Assembly: GCA_019057865.1 (NCBI GenBank)
Contig: JAHLWP010000002.1
Coordinates: 1 to 64,000 of the forward strand
DNA length: 64,000 bases
Direction of reading: 5' to 3'
From: Promethearchaeota archaeon
Lineage (GTDB): Archaea > Asgardarchaeota > Lokiarchaeia > Sigyniarchaeales > SOKP01
Below are positions 30,478 through 40,577 of the stretch, piece after piece. The position numbers and the translations under genes are program-made. Each line of letters starts with the position of its first letter. Position 1 is the stretch's first letter. The notes beneath the pieces were generated by a model that saw only the letters and a list, made by a program, of their open reading frames with translations, searched no databases and was not told where the DNA came from.

Positions 30478-31463
30478 GTGATTACTATGAAAGAACGGAT
30501 AAAGGGTAGAAAAAATTTCCCTACAGAGGAAGTAGAGCCAATTAATTATATAAATGATGATGAAATCATAGCAATGATAAAGAAGAAAGACAAATATACC
30601 TTTAAGCAAAAAGATTATTACAAATTATATAATTGTGTTCATTGTGGTGAGTGTGACACTGAAAACGAGCGTCTTCTGTTAAAGCAAAAATTCCTCCAAG
30701 ATGGAAATTCAGTTGAGGGGCTGAATGAGATGATCAAATGTTTTGAGAAATATAGGTCACCTTACCCTTCAAATAAAATGCGTATTAAGAGACCAGAAGG
30801 AATCCCTGATAAATCTGATACCCTCTTCTTTATGGGATGCCTTTCTACAATAAGGATTCCAAGATACACAGAACACTCGTTAAAATATTTATTACGACAT
30901 AAAGTTGATTTTACTATCCTAGATACTGAGATCTGCTGCGGTTGGCCTTGGTTTGCTAGTGGTTCAATGCGGGAATTTGAAATTTGTAAAGAAGAGAATA
31001 TAGAAATCTTTAAAAACTTTAAAAGTATTATTTGCCTTTGTCCAGCTTGCTATTTTCTATTTAATAAATATTATAAGCCATCAATGGATACAGAAATAGA
31101 ATTCAAATATATATCCAATTATTTGAAACCTTCAAAGACTAAGAAATCAGGTAAAGTGAGTATTCAACACTTATGTCAGCTAATGAATAGAGGAAGAGAA
31201 GGGGTTGATCAACTAGTAAACCGTATATTAGAAAAAAGTGGATACGAGGTGATTAATATGCCACATTGGTGTTGTGGGGGGGATTAGGCTATATGCATAG
31301 AACAGATATTATAGAAAAAATCGCCCGAAAAAGAATGGAAGATTATAAAGGGGGTGATTTTGCTAGCACATACTGTCCTAGTTGTTGGTGGATTTTAGCC
31401 AGATTTAGCAAACTTTGTAAGATAAAGCCAAAAGCTAAGGATTTATTCGAATTATTATTATAG
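30478..31463 (+). pseudogene. CCG-domain (HdrD/GlpC-like) Fe-S protein, frameshifted at the G7 run (31276-31282); may be a sequencing error
   Basis: One extra G joins HWCCGG to GLGYMHRT...YCPSC, matching the paralog (CCGGGVG). Confidence 0.7.
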
Positions 31464-31472
31464 GAGGGGTAT

Positions 31473-32456
31473 ATGAAGGAAGAATATAAATGCCCCTGTC
31501 GGGATGTTGACCCAAATAATTTTCTTGAAAACGAAGAAGTTGACTGGTTAATTAATAACCGGAAGAAATATAAATTCCAACAAAAAGATTACTTAAAACT
31601 TTATAATTGTATTCATTGTAATGATTGTGGCACCTCTGAGCAACGATTTATTTTAAAACAGAAATTTTTAAAGGATGGAAATAAAATTGAAGGTTTAAAT
31701 AATACCATTGAAACATTAGAAAAATATGGAACTCCTTTTCAATACAACAAAAGTCGGATTAAACACATCGAAGGTATTTCTAAAGAGAGTAATGCTCTTT
31801 TATATTTAGGTTGCTTTACAACGGTTAAAACCCCTCGTTATGGAGAAAGCATTATAAAATATCTTGTGCAGAATAATGTTAAATTTTGTATTTTAGAAGA
31901 AGAAATTTGTTGTGGTTATCCTATATTATGTACTGGAGAAATAGATACATATAATCATTTAGTGGAAAGAAATTTAGAGCTATTTAAGTCAAAAGATTTT
32001 GAAGAAATAATCACTGTTTGTCCTAGTTGTTATATGGTATTTAAGAAACATTATAGTAAGTGTAATATAAAAGTGAAGTATTTTACTGAGTATTTAAAAC
32101 CTCCAAAGAGTAAAAAATCTGGAAATTTAATAATACAACATGCTTGTCCTTTAAAAAATGGAGAAATCCCTAATATTGCAGACGATATTGAAGATCTTTA
32201 TAAAAATATTGGGTATAATGTATTAAATTCTGTACCAAGAAATTGTTGTGGAGGTGGTGTTGGCCATCAATTACGAACTGAAATATCTGAGTCAATTGCT
32301 ATAAAAAGGATGGAAGATTTTAAATTAAAATTATCTAATGAGAATAATAATTATATTACTACCTATTGCCCTGATGCGTATTGGATATTAAAAGTATTTG
32401 GGAGAAGGGCTAAGATAGATTTTAAACTTATAAATATGTGTGATTTACTCAAATAA
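31473..32456 (+). CDS. CCG-domain (HdrD/GlpC-like) Fe-S protein
   Basis: CIHCNDC, GC, CCG, CPSC, HAC, CCGGG, CPD. Confidence 0.82.
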   Translation: MKEEYKCPCRDVDPNNFLENEEVDWLINNRKKYKFQQKDYLKLYNCIHCNDCGTSEQRFILKQKFLKDGNKIEGLNNTIETLEKYGTPFQYNKSRIKHIEGISKESNALLYLGCFTTVKTPRYGESIIKYLVQNNVKFCILEEEICCGYPILCTGEIDTYNHLVERNLELFKSKDFEEIITVCPSCYMVFKKHYSKCNIKVKYFTEYLKPPKSKKSGNLIIQHACPLKNGEIPNIADDIEDLYKNIGYNVLNSVPRNCCGGGVGHQLRTEISESIAIKRMEDFKLKLSNENNNYITTYCPDAYWILKVFGRRAKIDFKLINMCDLLK

Positions 32457-32493
32457 TTAATTTTATTACAAAAACTTTTTTATTTGATTCATC

Positions 32494-33648
32494 TTGGAAC
32501 CGAATTTGATTGATATCGAAAAAGATATAGGAAAAAACTACAATAAATTCACTTTAAAAGAGTTTGGAGGAGCATTTGGAGATTGGGGTACGTTAATTCC
32601 ATTTATAATAGGATATATATCAATTGTAGGTTTAAATCCTGCTGGGATCTTTTTCACTTTAGGAATTACTAACATAATTCTGGGGATACGATTTAATTTA
32701 CCACTTCCAGTTCAACCTCAAAAGACTATTGGAACAGTAGCCATTAGCGAAAAATGGGATCCAAATATGGTAATTTCGACTGGATTCGGAACGGGAATTA
32801 TATGGTTCCTACTTGGATTTTCAAAGAAATTGACTAAAATAGTTGAAAAGGTTCCTATTATTACTGTGCGAAGCATTCAACTCGGTTTAGCATTTATTTT
32901 AGGATGGACAGGTATTCTTTTATTCAAAGACAATCTAATACTTGGTTTTTTTTCAATTGCTATAATCTTGATATTAATAAATAATAAACCAATCCCTTCA
33001 GCAATTATTCTTGCCCTTTTAGGTATATCATTAATAATTTTCACTGGCTCTGTTCAATTTTCAGAAATTAAATTTGGTTTACCGATATTTGATTTCCAAA
33101 TTCCAACTTGGAATAATCTTCTATTTGGTATGCTTTTTGCTGGAATTGCTCAATTATTTTTAACATTAACCAATGTTATGATCGCTACTGTTATACTAAT
33201 CAAGGATTTATTTCCTGAAAAAGAGGATGAGATTGATGCAAATATATTATCATTTAATATGGGAACTATGAATTTAATTAATCCTTTTTTTGGAGGAATG
33301 CCTTTATGTCATGGATCTGGGGGATTAGCGGCTCAATATGCTTTTGGAGCACGAACTGGAGGATCCATGATATTAGAGGGGTTAATGGAATTATTACTTT
33401 GCTTATTCTTGTCTGAGACTCTATTTATACTTTTTAATGAATTTCCTAAAGCTATTTTGGGAGCAATGTTAATTTATACTGCATTTTTATTAGGAAAAAT
33501 TGCTTTTAAAGAATTTAAATTGGAGGTATTTCCTATAATTTTAATCGCCGCGATATTAAGCTTTATATTTAACATAGCAATTGGCTTTATAGTAGCTTTA
33601 GTATTATTTTTCATTTTTAGGAAAAAAATTGAAAAACCTAAAAGTTAA
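32494..33648 (+). CDS. MOT1-like molybdate/sulfate transporter
   Basis: EFGGAFGDWGT..P, PLPVQP, GMPLCHGSGGLAAQYAFGARTG. Confidence 0.85.
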   Translation: MEPNLIDIEKDIGKNYNKFTLKEFGGAFGDWGTLIPFIIGYISIVGLNPAGIFFTLGITNIILGIRFNLPLPVQPQKTIGTVAISEKWDPNMVISTGFGTGIIWFLLGFSKKLTKIVEKVPIITVRSIQLGLAFILGWTGILLFKDNLILGFFSIAIILILINNKPIPSAIILALLGISLIIFTGSVQFSEIKFGLPIFDFQIPTWNNLLFGMLFAGIAQLFLTLTNVMIATVILIKDLFPEKEDEIDANILSFNMGTMNLINPFFGGMPLCHGSGGLAAQYAFGARTGGSMILEGLMELLLCLFLSETLFILFNEFPKAILGAMLIYTAFLLGKIAFKEFKLEVFPIILIAAILSFIFNIAIGFIVALVLFFIFRKKIEKPKS

Positions 33649-33807
33649 ACACTAAAATTTATCTTTTAAATTATTAATGGAATTCTATTAGGTTTTATTC
33701 GATAAATATTCAAAATTAGGTTTTTTTATAATTTAAACGAAAAATTCTTTTAAGTATGAAAGCAAATATTCATAATAATAGATTGAACTGCATTGGGTGA
33801 TTTTATA

Positions 33808-34497
33808 TTGTTTTCACAAAATGAAATGGATAATATCAAAAGAGAAATGGCTAAATTAAAAGAAAAAGTTGTACTTAAATTATTTACTGATTTTAGAACC
33901 CAAGAGGATGGTACAAAACAAAGAAAATGTATGGCTTGTGAGGGGGCATATGAGTTATTAAAAACCTTAGAAAAGTTATCTAACGGAAAATTCACAATAG
34001 ATGAATTATCTACTGAGGAGAATGAAGAAGAAGCAAAAAAATATAATATTACTAGGATTCCTGCTATATTATTTGTTGATGAAAATGGCAGAGAAATAAT
34101 TCGATATTCAGCTCACCCAACTGGAGCTGAATTTGTACCGTTTCTCAACAGTATTCAATATTTTTCAGGAGTAAGACCTTATTATGCAGATCAAATCCTT
34201 ACTCATCTGAAAAAAATATCAAAGTCAAATATGAAAATTTTTATAACTCCAACATGCCCTTATTGTCCGGCAACTGTTCCAGTTTTAACCTTGTTCGCAA
34301 TAGTTTCTAAAGGAAAGATCTCAGCGGAAGTAATTGATGTTGATTTGAATCCTGATATTGCTATGAAATATCAAGTTCAAGGTGTTCCCATGACAGTTAT
34401 AAATGAAACAGAAATTATACACGGAATGTTTTCCCCCCAGGATTTGCTAGATAAACTTACTAAAGGAGATAGGGATTTTGGAGGAATGTATGCATAA
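33808..34497 (+). CDS. Protein disulfide oxidoreductase (PDO) paralog 1
   Basis: CMAC and CPYC in two thioredoxin folds; TTG start behind GGTGA. Confidence 0.85.
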   Translation: MFSQNEMDNIKREMAKLKEKVVLKLFTDFRTQEDGTKQRKCMACEGAYELLKTLEKLSNGKFTIDELSTEENEEEAKKYNITRIPAILFVDENGREIIRYSAHPTGAEFVPFLNSIQYFSGVRPYYADQILTHLKKISKSNMKIFITPTCPYCPATVPVLTLFAIVSKGKISAEVIDVDLNPDIAMKYQVQGVPMTVINETEIIHGMFSPQDLLDKLTKGDRDFGGMYA

Positions 34498-34511
34498 GGT
34501 GATATTAGAAA

Positions 34512-35195
34512 ATGTCTCAAGATGATAAATACAGGGAAATCATTAAAAGAGAAATGGCTAAATTAAAGAAACCTGTTAAATTAAAAGTGTTTACATCCCA
34601 AAAAGTTCAGACTGATGGAACAAAAATCAGAGCATGTATGGATTGCGGAGAATTTATGGCTTTATTGAGAGTTTACGAAGAAAATTCAAACGGAATGCTA
34701 ACGATTGAAGAACTATCAATAGATGATAATCCAGAATTTGTAAAGAAGTTCGATATTACACGTGTCCCAACAATAATTTTCATAGATAATAATGGAAGAG
34801 AATTAATCAGATATTTAGCAGCACCAAAAAGAGGAGAAATTCAACCTTTCATTCAAGCTATATTTACCTTTGCAGGAGCTCCAAATTATTATGAAGCTAC
34901 TATAAAACAAAATCTCGACAGGATACCACCATCAACTATTAAGGTAATGATGACAGAGACTTGTCCTTATTGTCCTCAGGTTATTGCCATCAGTAACTCC
35001 TTCGCAATTGCATCTGAGGGGAAAATCAGAACTATAATAATTGATATAATGGCAAATCCCGACATTGGGCAGTATTATGATGCTGCGGGTGTTCCTTATA
35101 CCATTATAAATGATCAAAAGACCTTGGTGGGAATGGTTGGACCTAATGAAATATTACGAGCATTAATTGGAGGTAATATACGTGTTCAATATTGA
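34512..35195 (+). CDS. Protein disulfide oxidoreductase (PDO) paralog 2
   Basis: CMDC and CPYC; similar to the upstream paralog. Confidence 0.85.
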   Translation: MSQDDKYREIIKREMAKLKKPVKLKVFTSQKVQTDGTKIRACMDCGEFMALLRVYEENSNGMLTIEELSIDDNPEFVKKFDITRVPTIIFIDNNGRELIRYLAAPKRGEIQPFIQAIFTFAGAPNYYEATIKQNLDRIPPSTIKVMMTETCPYCPQVIAISNSFAIASEGKIRTIIIDIMANPDIGQYYDAAGVPYTIINDQKTLVGMVGPNEILRALIGGNIRVQY

Positions 35196-36126
35196 TATGG
35201 AAAGCATTGATTTTGAAAAGACCTATGATTTAATTGTTTTAGGAGGAGGTCCAGCTGCAATTGGATGTGCTATTTATGCTGCTAGATTCGCAATGGACGT
35301 ACTTGTCGTAGGTAAAACTTTTGGAGGTTTAATTGCTACAACTCATATTGTTGAGAATTATCCTGCGATTACTTCAATAAGTGGGCAAGGTTTAATGGAT
35401 ATGTTTAAGGATCATATGGACTCACTTAATATCCCTTACATATCAGATGAGATACGGAGTATTGATAAAGTCGATGATTACTTTGAACTCCATTCTTTCT
35501 TTCAAAAATTTAAGGCATATTCTATTTGCATAGCAACTGGTTCAGAAAAGAGAAAACTCGGTATTCCTGGAGAGGAAGAATTTGTTGGGCGGGGTGTATC
35601 ATATTGTGCTACATGTGATGGCCCATTTTATAAAGATAAAATTGTTTGTGTAATAGGAGGAAGTGATTCTGCTGCAAAAGAAGCCTTATTTCTAGCTCAA
35701 AATACAAAGAAAGTATATATTATTTATAGGGGAGAAGAAATTAGAGCAGAACCTATTAATAAGAAGCGAGTATATGATAATGATAAAATTGAGATAATGT
35801 ACAAGACAAATATAATAGAAATTAAAGGAGATAACTCAGTAAAATCTGTAATTTTCGATAATGGAAAAGAGTTTGAAATCGATGGTGTGTTTATTGAAAT
35901 AGGATCAATTCCTAATTCTGATTTAGCAAAACGTATTGATGTTGATTTAAACAAAAAAGGTGAAATTAAAATTAATCGCAAGTCAGAAACAAATGTTCCA
36001 GGTATTTTTGCGGCAGGAGATGTAGCTGACGCCCCATTTAAACAAGCCATTACTGGAGTCTCAGAAGGTGTTATAGCAGCATATTCTGCTTTTGATTATG
36101 TTAAAGAAATTAATATAGAATATTAA
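35182..36126 (+). CDS. trxB: Thioredoxin reductase
   Basis: GGGPA, GRGVSYCATCDG, GIFAAGD; GTG start behind GGAGGT. Confidence 0.92.
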   Translation: MFNIDMESIDFEKTYDLIVLGGGPAAIGCAIYAARFAMDVLVVGKTFGGLIATTHIVENYPAITSISGQGLMDMFKDHMDSLNIPYISDEIRSIDKVDDYFELHSFFQKFKAYSICIATGSEKRKLGIPGEEEFVGRGVSYCATCDGPFYKDKIVCVIGGSDSAAKEALFLAQNTKKVYIIYRGEEIRAEPINKKRVYDNDKIEIMYKTNIIEIKGDNSVKSVIFDNGKEFEIDGVFIEIGSIPNSDLAKRIDVDLNKKGEIKINRKSETNVPGIFAAGDVADAPFKQAITGVSEGVIAAYSAFDYVKEINIEY

Positions 36127-36136
36127 AAAATCTGTT

Positions 36137-36895
36137 TTAATATATGAAAGGGATGAGAGCCTTTCGATTCTCAGGATAATCTTCAAATGTTTCTTGGTAC
36201 CAGCGGTGATTACTTCGAGCCCTCGGTCCTAAATTGGCAGTAGTCCAGATTGCAAAGACTAATCCTGGTAATGAACATGCCATAATCGCCCAACCATACC
36301 ATTCTACTATTTCACCTAAATAGCTAGGACAACTTATAAATTGAAACATACCTCCGTGAGGGATCTTAAAATCAGTTTCACCGGGTTTACGCAGATTTCT
36401 GATTATATGATCAGAATGTACATGCATGAAAAAACCAGTAAAGAAGAAAATGATACCAATAATAAACATTGGGGTGAGAAGCCAGCTTGTTTCATAACCC
36501 CCTGAAAGAGTATTAATCCAACGTCCTTGAAGATATGCATTTGCCGAATTAAATATCATCCCAAAGAGAATTATGGTAACTGGCATTTTTCGTTTCCCTC
36601 TTATTAAACTGGGAAAAATTAATGTCCGGTAACCGTAATGCATAACCCATAACCCCGAAAATAGAAGTGTCATGAATTTAATGTGGTAATCCCCTATTAT
36701 ATAAAATATAGTATAAAGAATTAATGTTGGAATTTCCATTATTAACCAGCCTAATTTATCATTAATGCTTGGTCCCCATTTTTTAGATATATGTTGTCCA
36801 TATCCTGCCGTTATTTTTAATAATGATATAAAAACAAGGACTGCAATTATGATCATAACAATCATAAACCAATTGAAAAAAATACTATCATCCAT
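36137..36895 (-). CDS. Steroid 5-alpha reductase family protein (SRD5A/DET2-like)
   Basis: GWLIMEIP, HYGYR, HSD.I.RNLRKPG, P.YLGEIVEW.G, NL.PRA...H.WY...F..YP..RKALIPF. Confidence 0.88.
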   Translation of the reverse strand: MDDSIFFNWFMIVMIIIAVLVFISLLKITAGYGQHISKKWGPSINDKLGWLIMEIPTLILYTIFYIIGDYHIKFMTLLFSGLWVMHYGYRTLIFPSLIRGKRKMPVTIILFGMIFNSANAYLQGRWINTLSGGYETSWLLTPMFIIGIIFFFTGFFMHVHSDHIIRNLRKPGETDFKIPHGGMFQFISCPSYLGEIVEWYGWAIMACSLPGLVFAIWTTANLGPRARSNHRWYQETFEDYPENRKALIPFIY

Positions 36896-36952
36896 TTTTA
36901 TAAACCTTTTAATTGTTTAATATAAATCTTCTCTTAATAATAACAAAAAAGA

Positions 36953-38503
36953 TTAATCAACAATGTCTTTATAACAATCTTCTGGATAGAAGTTATCTTC
37001 ATCCTTATCGTGGTTTGGGTACCAAGCTTGGGCAAAGAAAGGATTTTTCCTTGCTTGTTCATCAAAATTCCATGGTGGAGGTAAGCATTCAGGGCACCAA
37101 TGACCTGCTTTGAGGACAGTATATGGTTTCATTTCAAATTCATGACCAAATGCACATTTCCATTTGAGCTTAGAGTAAATATCTCCATCCCATTGAGTTG
37201 ATAGGCATTGACCGCCTCTGAATTCTGCAGCTCCTTTTATATCTTTTAAATCCAGTTTCTCCTTTGATTCATCGTACCCATGTTTGAGTGGATGCCATAC
37301 TGGTTCAGGATGCATTTGAGGCATGTCCACACCCCAGTCTGAAATAGACTCAAATTCCTCATAAGAACCATAAAATGAAGAGATTCTCATGTCCATCTTA
37401 TTTTTATACCAATATAATGTTCCTGTCTTATCCATTGCTAATTTTTTTAATTTTTTATAAGTGATTTTTTGAATCTTTTTCTTTAACCATGGAATTTTAT
37501 TACTCAAATACGCTATGATCTTCAAGTAAAACGGTCTATTCTTTCTTAAAATTTTAAAATACTCTTCGATAGAATCATTCCAATTATTAATGTATTTATT
37601 AAGTTCCTCGCTATCATCAAAATATTGCACATGAAAGTTTCTTAAGACAAACCAACGACGCTGAGTTACATCATCAATTTTTCCTACACCATTCATTTCC
37701 ATTGCCTCATTTAAAAAGTCATAGAATGTTATCCTGCAGGAGGGTCCTCCACCCATATTATAACATTTTCTCCAGAAGTCAGAGTCTTCTGGAACATCTA
37801 AACAATTAATTAACCCTCTACCCGCATCTTTTGATGTATTATTTTCCATAAAGTTATTAATTGGTTGATGGAACATAATTGGATCCATAAGAGACATTAT
37901 ATCAGGAATCATAATAAACGTCTGACGGAGTGAAGCCCAGTACTTAAGGTTAGATTCACAAAGTGCCATTTCTCCATTAATTTTTGTGATAGCATAGAAA
38001 TCAAACACACTGGGTTTGATAGGATCTCCGATCCTACCATGATGAATAGGAGGTAAGCGATCACCTGTTGCTGCAACAGTTCCTATATATACAAATTTGA
38101 TGTGATCTTCACCTCCAGGTTGAGATTCTATCGCTTTAATGATATATTCAATGGCAGTTGTATTTACAGCTTTAGCCATCTCTGGATTACGGTCTGCTGC
38201 AGGGGGGATAAAACCCATCGGACAAAGACACCAATCAATCCCTTTACAAGCTTCTTCAACATCGTTATAATTGGTAGCATCTCCCCAAACAATTTTTAAT
38301 TCTTTTCCTTCTACTATACCTTTTCCAGGAATGGGCTTAATTCCACATTTTTTTTCATAGGGCTTAAAAATTCCTTTATTTTTCTTAGAAGGACGTTGAA
38401 GTAAGACAATATTATATTTATCCCTTTTTACCCATAAATTTTTAAATGCTTCAAAACCCATAGAACCACTTGCACCAGGTAAGAAAACTGTTTCTTTATT
38501 CAT
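36953..38503 (-). CDS. NAD-dependent epimerase/dehydratase-like protein with C-terminal Zn-ribbon
   Basis: GASGSMG, YAITK; RGGQCLS...LKWKCAFGHEF...HWCPEC. Confidence 0.78.
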   Translation of the reverse strand: MNKETVFLPGASGSMGFEAFKNLWVKRDKYNIVLLQRPSKKNKGIFKPYEKKCGIKPIPGKGIVEGKELKIVWGDATNYNDVEEACKGIDWCLCPMGFIPPAADRNPEMAKAVNTTAIEYIIKAIESQPGGEDHIKFVYIGTVAATGDRLPPIHHGRIGDPIKPSVFDFYAITKINGEMALCESNLKYWASLRQTFIMIPDIMSLMDPIMFHQPINNFMENNTSKDAGRGLINCLDVPEDSDFWRKCYNMGGGPSCRITFYDFLNEAMEMNGVGKIDDVTQRRWFVLRNFHVQYFDDSEELNKYINNWNDSIEEYFKILRKNRPFYLKIIAYLSNKIPWLKKKIQKITYKKLKKLAMDKTGTLYWYKNKMDMRISSFYGSYEEFESISDWGVDMPQMHPEPVWHPLKHGYDESKEKLDLKDIKGAAEFRGGQCLSTQWDGDIYSKLKWKCAFGHEFEMKPYTVLKAGHWCPECLPPPWNFDEQARKNPFFAQAWYPNHDKDEDNFYPEDCYKDIVD

Positions 38504-38648
38504 TTTGGAATTACTCGAGTCTTACTTCCATTCTTGGTTTTATTAATCATTCTTATAATATCTTCTTCTTAATATGATTTATATTTAATAAAAATAAGGA
38601 ATTAAATTTTATTCTCTAAAATTTAAAGGAAAGAAATAAAAAGAAAAT

Positions 38649-38735
38649 TTATTCCATATTCACATACGCGCTGTGAAATTCTGGTTCCTTGAACGGTACA
38701 TCTATCTTCAATAGTCCATTTTTATACTCTGCTTT
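38649..38735 (-). pseudogene. Hsp20 / alpha-crystallin 3' remnant
   Basis: KAEYKNGLLKIDVPFKEPEFHSAYVNME* preceded directly by an in-frame TGA. Confidence 0.65.
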
Positions 38736-38886
38736 TCAAAAATAGGATATTAAATAGAGTTCATTAAAAAATTTTTTACATATATTATTGAAACTTATGT
38801 AGAATTATTAGGGAAAGGAAATTAAAAGGTTTTATTATACAATATAAACTAAACGCATAAAAATTATTCATAATATTGTTATCATA

Positions 38887-39126
38887 ATGAGTGAAGCTGA
38901 AAGTCAAGATGTTATAGAAAGTTATAAGTTTCACCACATTGACACAAGTAAATGCCGTCAATGTAAAGAATTTTCTTGTGAAGAAGCTTGTTTTAGAGGA
39001 ATTTATAAGGTAATTAATAAAAAGACAATTCCTAAATCAACTGTTGTACAAGAGCGAGAGGATCACTGTGTTAAATGCCATATTTGTACAACAGCATGTA
39101 AATTAGGAGCTATTACAATTGATTAG
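38887..39126 (+). CDS. Ferredoxin (2x[4Fe-4S]-like)
   Basis: CRQCKEFSCEEAC and CVKCHICTTAC. Confidence 0.82.
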   Translation: MSEAESQDVIESYKFHHIDTSKCRQCKEFSCEEACFRGIYKVINKKTIPKSTVVQEREDHCVKCHICTTACKLGAITID

Positions 39127-39247
39127 ATTTTATACATCTTCTACATATATTATTTATTCGATAAACTTATAATTTATAAATTGTTATAAATTGTTAGTAA
39201 ACCTATTCTAATATAATAGTAGTAAAAAACTTTATTAAAGTGTTATT

Positions 39248-39787
39248 ATGATTAGTCAAAAGTTAAAATTAGACGATATAGATCGTCAAATTATTACACT
39301 AGTACAAGAAGATCCGAATTTAACTCATACCCAGATTGCGGAAAGAATAAATCGCAGTCAACCTACAGTTGGGATGCGTATTAAAAAACTTGAAAAATCT
39401 GGTATATTACAATTCCAACCTGGGATTAATTTTAAAAAAGTAGATCTGTTTTTAGCAACAGTAGAAATTAATTCAAGCAATCCTGAAGAAATTATGGAAA
39501 TGGCAACTTGTTGTCCTTTCATGCTTAATGCTTTCAGATTGAGTGGAGAACATAATATTTGTATTTTATTAGCAAGTTCTAAACTTGATAAGCTTGATGC
39601 TATCGTAAATTACCATTTTAGAAAAAATCCAGAAGTATCATTAGTTTCAATGGAAATCGTGACTGATATCGCTAAAGATTTCATATTACCAATCGACTTT
39701 GACTCTGAACATCATGAACCCAATGAAGAAGTCGGCTGTGGAGAGAAATGCAAATATAAACTAGCCAAGATGCAAAATAAAATCTAA
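39248..39787 (+). CDS. Lrp/AsnC family regulator
   Basis: LDDIDRQII, SQPTVGMRIKKLE, SGEHN; C-terminal CGEKC. Confidence 0.9.
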   Translation: MISQKLKLDDIDRQIITLVQEDPNLTHTQIAERINRSQPTVGMRIKKLEKSGILQFQPGINFKKVDLFLATVEINSSNPEEIMEMATCCPFMLNAFRLSGEHNICILLASSKLDKLDAIVNYHFRKNPEVSLVSMEIVTDIAKDFILPIDFDSEHHEPNEEVGCGEKCKYKLAKMQNKI

Positions 39788-39806
39788 CCAAAAAAATAAA
39801 AACTTT

Positions 39807-40376
39807 TTAATCTTCTTGTTTAAGCTCATTAAACTTAAATCGTGGTAAATCTTCTTTTAAAGAGCATCCAGGACCGCAATATCTACCATCAAATTTCTCA
39901 ATTGTGAAATCAATTGGGACTACGAAATCATGGATAGATTCTATTAAAATATTTGTTTTTACGTTGATTACATTAGGGTCTCTTCTAAAACATAAATCTA
40001 CTAATTTTTCGATTGTTTGTAAATCTGAAGCTGCAATAAAACATAACATATTAAATTCCCCCGAAATTTTAAATGCATGATTAATAAATGGGCAATTTTT
40101 TATTTTCTCAACTACATTTTCAACATCTTTAGTTGAGATATATACAATAGCAACTTTTATATCAACTTCTTTCACATTAAATCCAACTTGCTTTGTCAAA
40201 AGATGCTTTCTTTCCAATTTAATGATTCTTGCACCTACTGCAGGCTGGGATTTTTCAATCTCTTTAGCTATAGCAGAATGAGTTATATCTGGGTTTTTCT
40301 CCATCATCTCGATGATTATCTTATCGGCATCATCGATGCTTAATAATTCATTAAAACTTTTTTTCTTCATATCCAT
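39807..40376 (-). CDS. Lrp/AsnC family regulator
   Basis: IDDADKII, SQPAVGARIIKLE, SGEFN; C-terminal CGPGC. Confidence 0.9.
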   Translation of the reverse strand: MDMKKKSFNELLSIDDADKIIIEMMEKNPDITHSAIAKEIEKSQPAVGARIIKLERKHLLTKQVGFNVKEVDIKVAIVYISTKDVENVVEKIKNCPFINHAFKISGEFNMLCFIAASDLQTIEKLVDLCFRRDPNVINVKTNILIESIHDFVVPIDFTIEKFDGRYCGPGCSLKEDLPRFKFNELKQED

Positions 40377-40577
40377 TTTATTTCATAACCTCACGTTAAT
40401 TTAAACTTATTTTTAATAAATTTAAATTTTTTTAAGAGAATGATTATAGAGAATAATACTATTCAATCAAAACTTTTTGTATTATAAATTTATAATTATA
40501 AATCTAAAGTTTAAAGGTAGTATTAAATTTGAAATTAATGAATTAAAAAAAAAATAAAAAATAAAAAGGTGAATTGA

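Noticed and set aside
31285-31287. Pyrrolysine/readthrough at TAG, or a third intron
   Set aside because: The continuation is in another frame and one extra G fixes it; there is no insert or BHB fold.
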